Below are positions 18,187-29,000 of a DNA stretch of 53,538 nt, one piece after another. The translations under genes were made by a program, and so were the position numbers. Numbering within the stretch: position 1 is the first letter of the stretch; every line of letters starts with the position of its first letter. The stretch covers positions 1 through 53,538 of IMG/VR virus record IMGVR_UViG_3300008952_000066. One strand, written 5' to 3'. A model generated the notes under the pieces. It ran no database searches. It was not told the origin of the DNA and was given only the letters and a program-made list of their open reading frames with translations. Source of the DNA: a virus (taxonomy: Duplodnaviria > Caudoviricetes).

Positions 18187-18512
18187 ATCTTCCTTTCAAC
18201 CACAATCACGCTTATGACGTTGCGGAAGTTATAAACAGACAAACTGTAGAAGCTTTAATCAGAACTTACGGTGAACATATAGCAATTTATATGCCACGCA
18301 AACAGATTCTTCATGTGAAGTTTGACCGTTTAGAAAATGATTTAATGTTTTACTTACGAATAGATGATTTAAATAAAACTAAATATGAAGCTGAATACCC
18401 AACTGATTTTATTGACATAACAAACAGTAATATTATTCTCGCTTTTCCTCATGCTGATAATGAAAATGGTAGACTGGTCAGATCCATCAGCGGAGGATGG
18501 GGGCGTTATTAA
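18183..18512 (+). CDS. Hypothetical protein
   Basis: ATGA-coupled ORF. Confidence 0.6.
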   Translation: MNLPFNHNHAYDVAEVINRQTVEALIRTYGEHIAIYMPRKQILHVKFDRLENDLMFYLRIDDLNKTKYEAEYPTDFIDITNSNIILAFPHADNENGRLVRSISGGWGRY

Positions 18513-18599
18513 TCATGTCGGTTAGATACAGTTTACAGAATAAATGTTCTTTCGTTAATGGTTTATGTGACCGAAGTTCTATGAACATGAGGACTGTAA

Positions 18600-18992
18600 A
18601 TGATTTCTAAAGAAGCTCAAAAAGGTGCAGAGTTTTGTGTCGATTTGATTATCGAAGATTGGGAAAGACTATATAAAGAAAATCCTGACTCTACTTTCAA
18701 TTTGGATGCTGAATCTTGGAAAGAAGCAAAAAGTAATTTCACCAGTTTAGGGCATGTTAAAGCAATCAGGAAAAGTGATTACACAGATTGGGATGTTGTA
18801 ATTGAATGTGCTATGTCACAAACACACAATTTGACTGAAGAAATAAAATATTGGGAAGATGATTATGACGAAACTTGGCTAATAAAACAGTTAAAAGTTA
18901 TTAAACAATTAAAAGCTTTATTAGAAGAATCAGGTTGGGATAGCATTTTCACAAGCGAAGTTAAACAGTTTTTGAAAGAATACAAAACATGA
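18600..18992 (+). CDS. Hypothetical acidic protein
   Basis: GAGGA RBS, 130 aa. Confidence 0.6.
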   Translation: MISKEAQKGAEFCVDLIIEDWERLYKENPDSTFNLDAESWKEAKSNFTSLGHVKAIRKSDYTDWDVVIECAMSQTHNLTEEIKYWEDDYDETWLIKQLKVIKQLKALLEESGWDSIFTSEVKQFLKEYKT

Positions 18993-19153
18993 AGTGCCAA
19001 AATTGCACAGCATTGATTGTTTATGCAGGAGAAGGAATTTGGATTGACGGATACCAAAGTTCCGAATGTCCAAGCTTTGAACTTTTTCATAAGCCAGTCA
19101 CCCCCTGCGAGTCAGAAGAAGCTATGCTGATGGGAGAAATTAACAAGCCATAA
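18989..19153 (+). CDS. Small putative zinc-finger protein (not in the ORF track)
   Basis: MKCQNC...W...C..H.P; ATGA coupling. Confidence 0.5.
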   Translation: MKCQNCTALIVYAGEGIWIDGYQSSECPSFELFHKPVTPCESEEAMLMGEINKP

Positions 19154-19168
19154 TACGGAGGCATAGCT

Positions 19169-19936
19169 GTGGGAATATTTGACAATTTAAATCAGTCACC
19201 CAAATCCGAATCTGAAGATCCATCACACGATTACCAAAGATCCTCTGAACAATGTTCAGTAATGGAATTGAAACCTCATCCACGAAACTACAGGCAACAT
19301 TCTGAAGATCAAATAGAACACATCAAACAATCAATTAAAGATCATGGGTTTTATAGAAATGTTGTTGTCGCAAACGATAACACCATCCTTGCAGGACACG
19401 GAGTAGTTAAAGCCGCCAAAGAACTAAATATGACTACTATCCCTGTTGTTAGATTAAAAGTTTCCCCCGAAGATGCACAAGCCTTAAAGCTTTTAGCGGC
19501 TGACAATTACATACAGCACTTATCTTTTGACGATGACAGGATGCTTACTGATCTTTTAAAAGAAGTATCAAGTGAAGAAGGTTTACTTGGCACAGGATTT
19601 GATGACGTTTCTTTAGCTGCTTATGCGATGATTACTCGTTCAGCGGATGAAATTGAAGATTTCGATGCGGCTTTAGAATGGGCAGAAGCTGGTATGCCCG
19701 AATTTGAAAACCCGAAAGAAATGGATGAATTTAGTAAAGAAGCTTATGCAAATATAAAGTTTCCCACAGCAGAACATAGAGAAGAATGGGTAGAAAAAGC
19801 TACAAAAGCTGATCCTGAACTTGTAGAAACAATTCGCAGACAAAACAACTGGTCTTTAAGATGGCCTGCAAGCGAAAGCGTAGACCAGCGAGAAGATCTA
19901 CAATCAGTTGAGTTTACTGTTGGCATTGATGAATAA
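19169..19936 (+). CDS. ParB/Srx-like N-terminal domain protein
   Basis: LKPHPRNYR.H..QI..I..SI..HGF...VVV..D..ILAGHG...AA...L.ADN. Confidence 0.85.
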   Translation: MGIFDNLNQSPKSESEDPSHDYQRSSEQCSVMELKPHPRNYRQHSEDQIEHIKQSIKDHGFYRNVVVANDNTILAGHGVVKAAKELNMTTIPVVRLKVSPEDAQALKLLAADNYIQHLSFDDDRMLTDLLKEVSSEEGLLGTGFDDVSLAAYAMITRSADEIEDFDAALEWAEAGMPEFENPKEMDEFSKEAYANIKFPTAEHREEWVEKATKADPELVETIRRQNNWSLRWPASESVDQREDLQSVEFTVGIDE

Positions 19937-19980
19937 TCCATGCACTAAAGTCCTTATTTCCTTTAGAATCGCCCTAACCG
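19934..19980 (+). repeat. 47-bp dispersed repeat, copy 2
   Basis: TAATCCATgcactAAAGTCCTTATTTCCTTTAGAATCGCCCTAACCG. Confidence 0.75.
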
Positions 19981-19990
19981 TGAACAAATA

Positions 19991-20878
19991 ATGCCTAAAC
20001 TACCCAAATATCCTATTTACATTCCAACTAAAGGCAGATGGAATACTCCATTCACTATAAAAGCCTTCCAAAAAGACGAAGTTCCTATATATGTAGTTGT
20101 TCAACCGCAAGAACTGGAAGAATACGAAAAGCATTGTTCATCTCCTACCACAACCTTCCTTACCCTGCCTTTCAGTAATCCTGTAGACGAAGAAGGAAAC
20201 CCATGCGGTCTTTTAGCAACTCGTAATTGGATAATGGATCACTCCATAGAATTAGGCGCAACTCGCCATTGGCAATTTGACGACAATCAAGATAAATTCA
20301 TGCGGTATTACAAAGGGAGAAGCATCCCAATACAATCCCATCTTGCTTTAAGAATCGTTGAAGATTTCACCGACAGGTACAAAAACATAGCAATATCAGG
20401 TTTCGATTACGAAATGTTTGTCGTAAGAGGAAAACAAACACAACCATTCACACGCAACTGTAGAGTTTATTCAGCTTCACTCATAAACAACGAAGCAAAC
20501 ATACGTTGGAGACTCCGATACAACGATGACGTAGACATCTGCCTCCAAGCCTTATCAACAGGATACTGGTCAACCATTCTGTTCAGAGCAGTTCACATCC
20601 GCAAAAGAAAAACCATGACAGTAAAAGGCGGCAACACAGACGACCTTTACCAAGATGACGGAAGAAACATAATGGCACGCTCATTAGAAAGAGTATGGCC
20701 GGGAGTTGTCAAAACCAAAAGAAGATTCAACAGACCACAACACGTTGTCTCACACTCATGGGGACATTTCGACAACCCATTAATACCAATAGAAAACCCC
20801 GAACCCACACCCGATTACCCAATGCAGATAGAAGGAAACCCAAAATCCAAATCATTGCGTAACGCACTTGACCTCTGA
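19991..20878 (+). CDS. GT-A fold glycosyltransferase, GREB1/TET-associated (TAGT)-like
   Basis: YPIYIPTKGR, RNWI..H, HWQFDDN, YNDDVDICLQ, KGGNT motifs. Confidence 0.75.
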   Translation: MPKLPKYPIYIPTKGRWNTPFTIKAFQKDEVPIYVVVQPQELEEYEKHCSSPTTTFLTLPFSNPVDEEGNPCGLLATRNWIMDHSIELGATRHWQFDDNQDKFMRYYKGRSIPIQSHLALRIVEDFTDRYKNIAISGFDYEMFVVRGKQTQPFTRNCRVYSASLINNEANIRWRLRYNDDVDICLQALSTGYWSTILFRAVHIRKRKTMTVKGGNTDDLYQDDGRNIMARSLERVWPGVVKTKRRFNRPQHVVSHSWGHFDNPLIPIENPEPTPDYPMQIEGNPKSKSLRNALDL

Positions 20879-20894
20879 ACACTAAGGTCTGAAC

Positions 20895-21845
20895 ATGGAA
20901 AATAGAAAAAACAAAACGATTGTGACAGGTGGAGCAGGTTTTATAGGCTCACATCTCGCTGAAAAACTGGTTAAACGAGGAGATGAAGTCCTTGTAATAG
21001 ATAATTTCTCTACTGGTTCATTAAAGAATCTTGTTCAAATAGAAAAAGAAATAGAAATTATCAATATGGATATCGCTAATCCTTTAATAAATGATTTGGT
21101 GAGAAGATTTAAACCTGATGTTGTTTTTCATTTAGCCGCTCAAATGGATGTACGCCACTCTGTGGGAAATCCACTCGATGATGCTTATACAAATATCATA
21201 GGTTTGCTTAATGTTTTAGAAGGAGCTTGTAGCGAAACATTAAAGAAAATAGTTATCGCTTCTTCAGGGGGAACAATTTATGGGGAATTGGATAAAACAC
21301 TTATTCCAGTTAAAGAAACGGCTGTTCGTAAGCCTTTATCGCCTTATGGCGTAGCAAAAGTAGCAGGCGATCTTTATTTAGACGCTTATCGCTTTCTTCA
21401 TGGATTATCAGGAACGAGTCTCGCTTTGGGGAATGTATATGGTCCTCGACAAGATCCTTTAGGGGAAGCAGGAGTAATTTCTATTTTTGCAGGAACTTTA
21501 TTGGAAGGTAAACAGGCAGTTATTTATGGAGATGGGAAACAAACAAGAGATTTTATTTACATTGATGATGTGGTGGAAGCTTTTTTAAGTGCCGAAGAAT
21601 ATGAAGGTGAAGAACTTTTCAATATTGGAAGCGGTGAAGAAACTTCAATAAACGAATTACATGAGATGTTGGCTTCAATAATAGATCCTACTGCTGAACC
21701 GAAATGGGAAAATAACCGCAAAGGGGAATTACAATACTCGGCTTTAGATTCTTCATTGGCACAATCGAAACTTGACTGGAAACCTGTTATTGACTTACAG
21801 GAAGGTTTAAACCGTACTGTTAATTGGTTTAAAACAAAGGAATAA
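20895..21845 (+). CDS. NAD-dependent nucleotide-sugar 4-epimerase (GalE-like)
   Basis: TGGAGFIGSH, HLAAQ.DVR.SV..P, ASSGG.IYG, SPYGVAK, NVYGPRQDP.GEAGV. Confidence 0.88.
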   Translation: MENRKNKTIVTGGAGFIGSHLAEKLVKRGDEVLVIDNFSTGSLKNLVQIEKEIEIINMDIANPLINDLVRRFKPDVVFHLAAQMDVRHSVGNPLDDAYTNIIGLLNVLEGACSETLKKIVIASSGGTIYGELDKTLIPVKETAVRKPLSPYGVAKVAGDLYLDAYRFLHGLSGTSLALGNVYGPRQDPLGEAGVISIFAGTLLEGKQAVIYGDGKQTRDFIYIDDVVEAFLSAEEYEGEELFNIGSGEETSINELHEMLASIIDPTAEPKWENNRKGELQYSALDSSLAQSKLDWKPVIDLQEGLNRTVNWFKTKE

Positions 21846-21849
21846 TGCT

Positions 21850-22626
21850 ATGCAGAAATTTCCTATATATATCCCCAGCAAAGGAAGGGCAGAACGTAGC
21901 AGAACTGTAGAAGAATTAGAAAAAGGTAACTGCACAGATTATTTCATAGTTGTTGAACCGCAAGATTATGAAGCGTATTCGGAAGCCCATCATGAAAAAA
22001 ACCTTCTTTGCTTAGATAAAAATGATGAAGGAATTTATTACGTGCGTAACTTCATTCTTCAACATGCGTTAAATAACGGTTATGAATACGTTTGGCAGGT
22101 TGATGACGATTTGCAATTCGCAAGACACTCAAAAAACAGTAAACCTATCCTTAAACCTATTCACCCAACAGAAGCTTTTATAGAAATAGAACAGGTTGTA
22201 GAAAAATTTTCCAATATTGGAGTGGCAGGTGTAAGAGACAGCACTTACGCTTGGAGCCAACCTGAACGAATCAGTATAAACAAACAAGCATCGGGCTGTT
22301 GGTTAATAAAAACAGATACAGGATGCAAATTCCGAAAAGACATCATCGAAGATACTGATTTCAATATGCAAATACTTGTAGCAGGATACTGCACGCTCAA
22401 TTTCAATCGTTTAGTTTACGTTAATCCACCTACAGGAACTGTTGAGGGAGGAAACAGTAACGTCAATTTTCTTTTACAGCAAAAGAATTTGGTAAAAGCG
22501 TGGCATGGATGTTTCACTTTGAAATACAACAGAATAGGAACTGTTCATACAGAAAACCTCAGTTCACGAATAGCTCCAAGTCGGATATGGAGCAAATTTC
22601 CTCAACGCCCTAAACGAAAGGTTTAA
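21850..22626 (+). CDS. Second GREB1/TAGT-like glycosyltransferase
   Basis: FPIYIPSKGR, VVEPQD..Y, RNFI..H, WQVDDD, EDTDF..Q, EGGN. Confidence 0.75.
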   Translation: MQKFPIYIPSKGRAERSRTVEELEKGNCTDYFIVVEPQDYEAYSEAHHEKNLLCLDKNDEGIYYVRNFILQHALNNGYEYVWQVDDDLQFARHSKNSKPILKPIHPTEAFIEIEQVVEKFSNIGVAGVRDSTYAWSQPERISINKQASGCWLIKTDTGCKFRKDIIEDTDFNMQILVAGYCTLNFNRLVYVNPPTGTVEGGNSNVNFLLQQKNLVKAWHGCFTLKYNRIGTVHTENLSSRIAPSRIWSKFPQRPKRKV

Positions 22627-22628
22627 TT

Positions 22629-23168
22629 ATGGCTAGAGGACAATCACCAGCATTATCTCCTGAAACGGCTGAAAGATATAGACAAGTCGTACAAATGAGA
22701 GCCGCAGGTTTAACATTTGACCGTATCGCTCAAGAATTAGGTTACGCAAGCCGTTCAGGTGCTAAAGAAGCTTATGATTCTGCCTTGCAATCTTGGGGAA
22801 GGGAAGCCGTTGACAATTTAAGAGTTCTAGAAGGCGAACGTGTTGATGAATTGTGGCGCAGAACTTTCGCTCGTTTATTAGAAGCTGACCGTAATCAAGC
22901 AGAAATAAACGAATTTCTGAACATTGTTATGACTGCCGTGAGAATTTCTAAAAGAAGATCAGAATTATTTGGTTTGGATGCTCCTCGCCAACTTGAAGTT
23001 ACTGGTGCAGGAGGAGGAGCTATCAGGACTGACATAGGAGACTTACTTATTTCTCGTTTAGAAGAATTAAGAGAAAAACAAGGTCCTTTAGCAGAAAATC
23101 TTGATCAAAAGCCCCTGTTGGATGCAATACCCTCTGAGAGCGCCACAGAGGAGTCCTATGATGAGTAA
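22629..23168 (+). CDS. terS: Terminase small subunit
   Basis: N-terminal HTH (GLTFDRIAQELGY), R..LFGLDAP..LEVTG..GG; directly upstream of TerL. Confidence 0.75.
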   Translation: MARGQSPALSPETAERYRQVVQMRAAGLTFDRIAQELGYASRSGAKEAYDSALQSWGREAVDNLRVLEGERVDELWRRTFARLLEADRNQAEINEFLNIVMTAVRISKRRSELFGLDAPRQLEVTGAGGGAIRTDIGDLLISRLEELREKQGPLAENLDQKPLLDAIPSESATEESYDE

Positions 23169-23226
23169 ACCATATAGTAATGTGTTCACTCAAAAAGAAC
23201 TTAAAAACGCTTTAGAAGGGCTGTAA

Positions 23227-24555
23227 ATGGCAGAATTATCAGTAGTTGAAGAAATTTCTCGCCGAACAGACCCAAATCTGCTGTTTGAAGGGTTAGATCC
23301 TGAACAAATAGAAGCTGTGATGCACGACTGGAGACTTTGGCGCAGACCGAAACAAATAACCCCTGAAGGAAACTGGAGAGTTTGGCTTATTCTTGCAGGT
23401 CGTGGTTTCGGTAAAACACGCACAGGATCAGAATGGGTAAGGGAGCAAGTTGAAGCTGGTAACGCAAAACACATAGCACTTGTCGGTGCAACAGCCGCAG
23501 ATGTCAGAGACACTATGATAGAAGGCGAATCAGGTATTCTGTCTATTTTCCCTGATGGGAAACGACCACGCTATGAACCTTCCAAAAGGCGAATAACTTT
23601 CCATAACGGTGCAATGGCTACTTCTTATACAGCGGATGAACCTGACCGCCTTCGTGGTCCCAACCATGATTTGGCTTGGTGTGATGAGTTAGCCGCTTGG
23701 AGGTATCCACAAGCGTGGGACATGCTTATTTTCGGTTTGCGTATCGGGAAACACCCTCAAGCATTAGTCACCACCACTCCTCGACCAACAAAAATAATCA
23801 GGGATTTGGTTAAAAGAAAAGGTAATGACGTTGTTGTCACACATGGCAGTACTTTTGAAAATAAAACTAATCTTGCGGCTTCATTCTTTCAGGAAATAAT
23901 TGAACGATACGAAGGCACAAGATTAGGCAGACAAGAATTACATGCAGAAATTCTCGATGATGTGGATGGCGCTTTATGGAATCGAGACATGCTTGACGAT
24001 GCAAGAGTAACTGAAATGCCTGACTTGAAAAGAATCGTAGTTGCTATTGATCCTGCTGTTTCTTCCCATGAAGGTTCTGCTGAAACAGGAATAGTAGCCG
24101 CTGGAGTAGATGAAGCAGGGCATGGATACATCCTTGAAGATGTTTCAAAAAGAGGCACACCATTGGAATGGGCTAACGAAGCTGTTGCGGCTTATAACAG
24201 ATTGAAAGCAGATCGAATAGTCGCAGAAGCAAATCAAGGTGGGGACATGATACGCCACACCTTGAACACGGTGGATAAAAATATTCCTTTACGTCTCGTT
24301 CATGCAAGTAGAGGAAAAAGAGTTCGTGCAGAACCTATAGCGGCTTTATATGAACAGCATAAAGTTCATCACGTTGGTTCTTTCCCCGATTTGGAAGATC
24401 AACTTTGTTCTTGGGTTCCTGATGTATCTGCTTCACCTGATAGGTTGGATGCTCTAGTATGGGCATTAACAGAATTAATGATTGATGGAGCAAGACATCA
24501 TCCTGCTGTTGCACCTATTAATATTGAGCAAGTAAATCCATGGATACCGCAATGA
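23227..24555 (+). CDS. terL: Terminase large subunit
   Basis: AGRGFGKT Walker A, WCDE Walker B, TTTP, AIDPA, PDRLDA nuclease motifs. Confidence 0.95.
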   Translation: MAELSVVEEISRRTDPNLLFEGLDPEQIEAVMHDWRLWRRPKQITPEGNWRVWLILAGRGFGKTRTGSEWVREQVEAGNAKHIALVGATAADVRDTMIEGESGILSIFPDGKRPRYEPSKRRITFHNGAMATSYTADEPDRLRGPNHDLAWCDELAAWRYPQAWDMLIFGLRIGKHPQALVTTTPRPTKIIRDLVKRKGNDVVVTHGSTFENKTNLAASFFQEIIERYEGTRLGRQELHAEILDDVDGALWNRDMLDDARVTEMPDLKRIVVAIDPAVSSHEGSAETGIVAAGVDEAGHGYILEDVSKRGTPLEWANEAVAAYNRLKADRIVAEANQGGDMIRHTLNTVDKNIPLRLVHASRGKRVRAEPIAALYEQHKVHHVGSFPDLEDQLCSWVPDVSASPDRLDALVWALTELMIDGARHHPAVAPINIEQVNPWIPQ

Positions 24556-24704
24556 GTGAAAAAGTAATTTTAACGGATGAAGATACACCGTTTGGTCGTT
24601 TACAATTCGATCCGAAAAAAGGAACAACTAAAATGGTTTTCCCGAATGGTGTAGATACACGCCGAACTATTCCGTTACGTAAGAAGTACAGGAAACAGTC
24701 TTGA
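24552..24704 (+). CDS. Small hypothetical protein (50 aa)
   Basis: ATGA-coupled to terL, basic C-terminus. Confidence 0.45.
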   Translation: MSEKVILTDEDTPFGRLQFDPKKGTTKMVFPNGVDTRRTIPLRKKYRKQS

Positions 24705-24743
24705 ATAGAAGCATTAAATATGGTATTGATGTAAGATCAAATT

Positions 24744-26063
24744 ATGTCTTTAACTGACGACTTCCAAAAAGCCGCACCTGCTTCAACAGACATGGGTGAA
24801 GTAGGCTCCACAGGGCTTGTCCAATACGGCGGTGAGGTGCAAGAAGATTTCCTTCGACAGCTTCAGGGCAAACGAGGTTATGCCACATATCGGGAAATGT
24901 CAGACAACCATCCTGTTATCGGCTCAATTCTTTATTCAATAGAAATGCTTGTAAGAGGAGTTAATTGGACTGTCACGCCTTCAGATCCTAATGACCAACG
25001 GTCAGTTGATGAAGCACAATTCGTTTCAGAGTGTATGAGTGATATGTCACATTCTTGGGCAGATACTCTTTCATCTATTCTTTCAATGTTGCAGTTCGGT
25101 TACTGTTACAACGAAATTGTTTACAAGAGAAGAAACGGAGTGGACAGGGAAGATTCAAGTGAACGGTCACAATATAATGATGGGCGCATCGGTTGGCGTA
25201 AATGGCCTATAAGAGATCAGTCAACAATCATCCGTTGGGACTTTGACAATAATGGTGGAATAAACGGCGCTTACCAAATGAACCCACTTGCAGGCACAGG
25301 TGAGGTTTTCTTACCGATAGAGAAATGTTTATTGTTTAGAACAACCACTAAACGAAATAACCCTCAAGGCAGGTCAATTCTTCGTAACGCTTTCGTGCCG
25401 TGGTATTTCCAAAAACGAATAGCAGAGATTGAAGCTATCGGTATTGAACGTGACCTTGCTGGTATGCCAGTTGCTTTAGTTCCACCACATCTACTTTCTG
25501 ATAATGCAACCGCTCAGGAAACACAAGCTTTAACTGCTATTAAACAAATGGTGAGAAACATACGCCGTGACGAACAAGAAGGAATTGTTTTCCCTCTTGC
25601 ATACGACCCTGACACTAAACAACTTGCTTACGATCTGAAACTTTTAACTTCAGGTGGGCGAAGGCAATTCGACACTAACGCTATTATCGCTCGTTATGAT
25701 GCTCGCATAGCGATGTCAGTTTTAGCTGATTTCATCCTTTTGGGACATGACCAAGTAGGAACTCAAGCTCTTTCAGTTTCAAAGATTCAATTATTCTCGG
25801 ATGCTTTAGACACTTGGGTAACAGGAATAGCTGATGTTATTAACACACACGCAATTCCACGCTTGATGAAATTAAACGGTGTTGATGCACAGTATTGGCC
25901 TAAAGTCGATTATGACTCACCACGACAGGTTGACCTCTTGGCTATAGCAGATTATGTACAGAAACTTGCAGGAGTCGGAGCTATCCTGCCTGACGAAGCG
26001 TTAGGTGAGCATTTAAGAGATATTGCAGGGCTACCGCAGGAGGAAGCGGAAAGCATAGACTAA
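24744..26063 (+). CDS. Portal protein (Mu gp29/DUF935-like)
   Basis: Follows TerL; NPQGRSILR.A...GIERDLAG.P. Confidence 0.88.
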   Translation: MSLTDDFQKAAPASTDMGEVGSTGLVQYGGEVQEDFLRQLQGKRGYATYREMSDNHPVIGSILYSIEMLVRGVNWTVTPSDPNDQRSVDEAQFVSECMSDMSHSWADTLSSILSMLQFGYCYNEIVYKRRNGVDREDSSERSQYNDGRIGWRKWPIRDQSTIIRWDFDNNGGINGAYQMNPLAGTGEVFLPIEKCLLFRTTTKRNNPQGRSILRNAFVPWYFQKRIAEIEAIGIERDLAGMPVALVPPHLLSDNATAQETQALTAIKQMVRNIRRDEQEGIVFPLAYDPDTKQLAYDLKLLTSGGRRQFDTNAIIARYDARIAMSVLADFILLGHDQVGTQALSVSKIQLFSDALDTWVTGIADVINTHAIPRLMKLNGVDAQYWPKVDYDSPRQVDLLAIADYVQKLAGVGAILPDEALGEHLRDIAGLPQEEAESID

Positions 26064-29000
26064 ATGGCTGGCGAAATAAAGGTTGGTCTGTCTAAAAAGA
26101 TTCACCACATCCCACTTTCTTGGGATGTTAATAAAGCTAAATCTAATCATCAGCCTAAATTCCGACCTGTTGGTGACGCAATACTTCGAGGCAGAGAAAA
26201 ATCTGTAGGTAAAATAATGGAACAGATGTTTCTAGCTATGCCACCTGTTGAACTTTGGATAGATGGCAAATTAACTCCCGAACAGTATTTGGAAAGAGCT
26301 GAAAAAATATCAGAACCTTACATGCAACAAATTGCGGCTTTATTGCAAGTTTCTTTTAACGAAGGTGCGATTATGCAACAGGACAGAATACGTGCTGATG
26401 CTAATGAGCAATTAAAACGGTTACGAAGCCCTTTGCGTTTAACAGATGAAAAAGGGAAAGTAACGAAAGCAACTGTTGGGGGAATTGATGTAGGTGAAGA
26501 TCCAAAAATCATTTGGTCACCTGTGGGCATAGAAGCCTTCGACGAAGTAAGTTCTGCTTCAGTTCAATACGCACAATTCCGTTCAGCGACTCTTGTTACC
26601 GCAATGCTGGAAGAACAACAGCGAGTTATTCAAGAACTTATAGGAGAATCTTTCACAGCGTCACAGACTTTCTCTACAGGAAGAACAGTTACAGGTTTAA
26701 CAACAGGACAAACTTCAAGAGCTTTATTTGAAGTGTTAGAAGAAATGAACCCGAATACTCCTTTAGGCAGGCAACTCGCTCAAATGCGAGGAATAAACTC
26801 GGCAGGTTTAACTCACCCATGGGAAAAAGCAGTTTTTAGACGTTCAGAAAAAATAGCTCAACAATTAGCTGATAAGGGAATTGGAGGAGCAAGAGCTTAC
26901 AACAAGATAAGAGACGATTCCAATAAATACGCTAAGAAACTTCGCCGTTCAAGAGCAAGGGTGATTTCTCGTACTGAGATTAAACGAGCGCAAGTAGCAG
27001 GACAACTTGACTCTATGCAGGAAGCTGTAAATTCAGGTTTAGCTGATCCTAGAACAGCAGGTAAAAAATGGATTACAGGTTCTACTGACGTTTGCCCTAT
27101 ATGCACAAGTCTTGGTTTCGGTAGAGCTATTCATATACGGCAATCTTTCCCGAATGTGGGGGATGGACCTCCTGCTCATCCTAATTGTCGTTGCGATTTG
27201 GATTTCGCTCATCGGATAAAAGATGCACCACAAGCTGTCGGTGCAGGTAACCCTAACTTTCCTGCTGGTAGTCCTGAGAACCCGATTGTTTGGCAATTCA
27301 ATTCAGGTTTCCAATCTTCACCTAATGTGACTACTGCTTTCAGACCGCCTTCGGTTCCTAGAACTCCTAGAAAACCTGTTAAGGCTCCTTCTCCATCTGC
27401 TCAATACAGTGAAATTCCTGATGTTGATGATGAAATAACAGAAAAAATTGTTGAAGTTTATGAAACCACAGAAGGCACACATCAACAAAAAGCTGATGCC
27501 GTATACCAATATCTTGGTTATAAGGGTAAACCAAAAGTTGTTGAATGGGAAGATTTAGGTAAGCATGTAGATGAAAGCCCTGCTGGAGAAATGCGCCGTG
27601 TGGTGCGAGAAACTAAAGATAAAACAAACCCAATAACAGGTGTTGAAGAAACTTTTTCAAAAGAAGAAATAGCAGAACAATTTAGAACAGGACAAGCTTT
27701 CACAGGCGAAGGTTTAAGTGGTACAGGTACTTACACTTATGAAGGAACAGCAGGAGCATTTGATGAATATGCAATGAGCCGAAAAGGGAAGTGGGAAACT
27801 GTCGAAATGACATTAGCGCCTGACGCTAAAATTATGACTTTAACTGATGAAACTGAAAGGGCACTTAAAAAGAAATATAAAGATTTATACCCTGATGGAC
27901 CTACAGATATAGGGTTAATTCTCGCTTCTAAAGGATTTGACGCTATAAGATTAGTGGATTTAGACGATGAATTTGGAAATGTTATGATGATCATTTTAAA
28001 TCGTTCTAAAGTTATTGTCAGTAAGGTGCATGGGGCAGAAATAGGAAAACTTAAACCTTTTAAACGACCTCCTCCTCCAACAGCTAGTGTCCCACCTACA
28101 CCTACTCCTGCCACAGTTGATGAAGTCATAGAAGAAATAGATGCGGTTCCTTTGCAAAGTAAACCCACTCCTACTGAAACAGGTAAAACGTGGGAAGATG
28201 ACGCTTTCCACGAAATAAACGCAACTGTTACTTACACCGCAGGGCGAATGGGTACTGTTATAGAGGAAGCTATAGATGAAGTATCACAAGTTTTAGGTAA
28301 CCCAATTCCATCTAATGCACTTAAAACTCATATTAAAACTGCACCAATTAAAAGAACAAGTAAAACAGGAGACAATGTAAGAGTTTTAGGTGATTTTTCT
28401 CCTAGTCGAAAAATTCAGTTACCTAGACAACCTAAAAGACCAAAAAAAATGGATTTGTCTACATTTGAAACCCGAGGGGGATATGGCACTTCCCAAGCCA
28501 TTGACCATAGACGTTGGGCTAAAGCTAGAGAACTTGATCGTGAACTTGGAGATGATGTAACTACTTTCACGGATGAGCTTTTAGAAGAAATGGCTGAAGA
28601 AGGCGAGTTTCCTTTCGCTAATTGGAAAGAAGCAGGTTACAAATCTGAACAAGATTTCAAAAACGCTGTTGAAGATTTTTACACAAAAGAAGAAAAATAT
28701 TGGAAAGATATTGAAGACATTTTCAATGGTATAGATCCTGCAACTGGTGAAGCGTTTGAAACTTTTGCGACTGGAGAATTAAAAGATCCACGTTATGAAG
28801 CAGGTTATGGGGCTTTGGATGATGTACCTGCTCGTAGAGATATACGAATCGGGGAAGAAAATAGTTACAAAAAAGGAACACCTGAATACAATTCCAGTTT
28901 GAAATCAACCTTCCATCATGAGAACGGTCACAACATTGATTTCATGCACTTAAGTACTAATGCTCCGAGTGGGGATGACATCGCAGCCATTGAACGTTTC

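Noticed and set aside
19169-19936. Plasmid-prophage partition system
   Set aside because: No ParA; the ParB-like domain sits in the terminase-linked modification context
5634-24555. Integrase/repressor lysogeny module, DNA polymerase, TET oxygenase or DNA methylase
   Set aside because: No diagnostic motifs recognised in any ORF; a very divergent member cannot be excluded without profile searches
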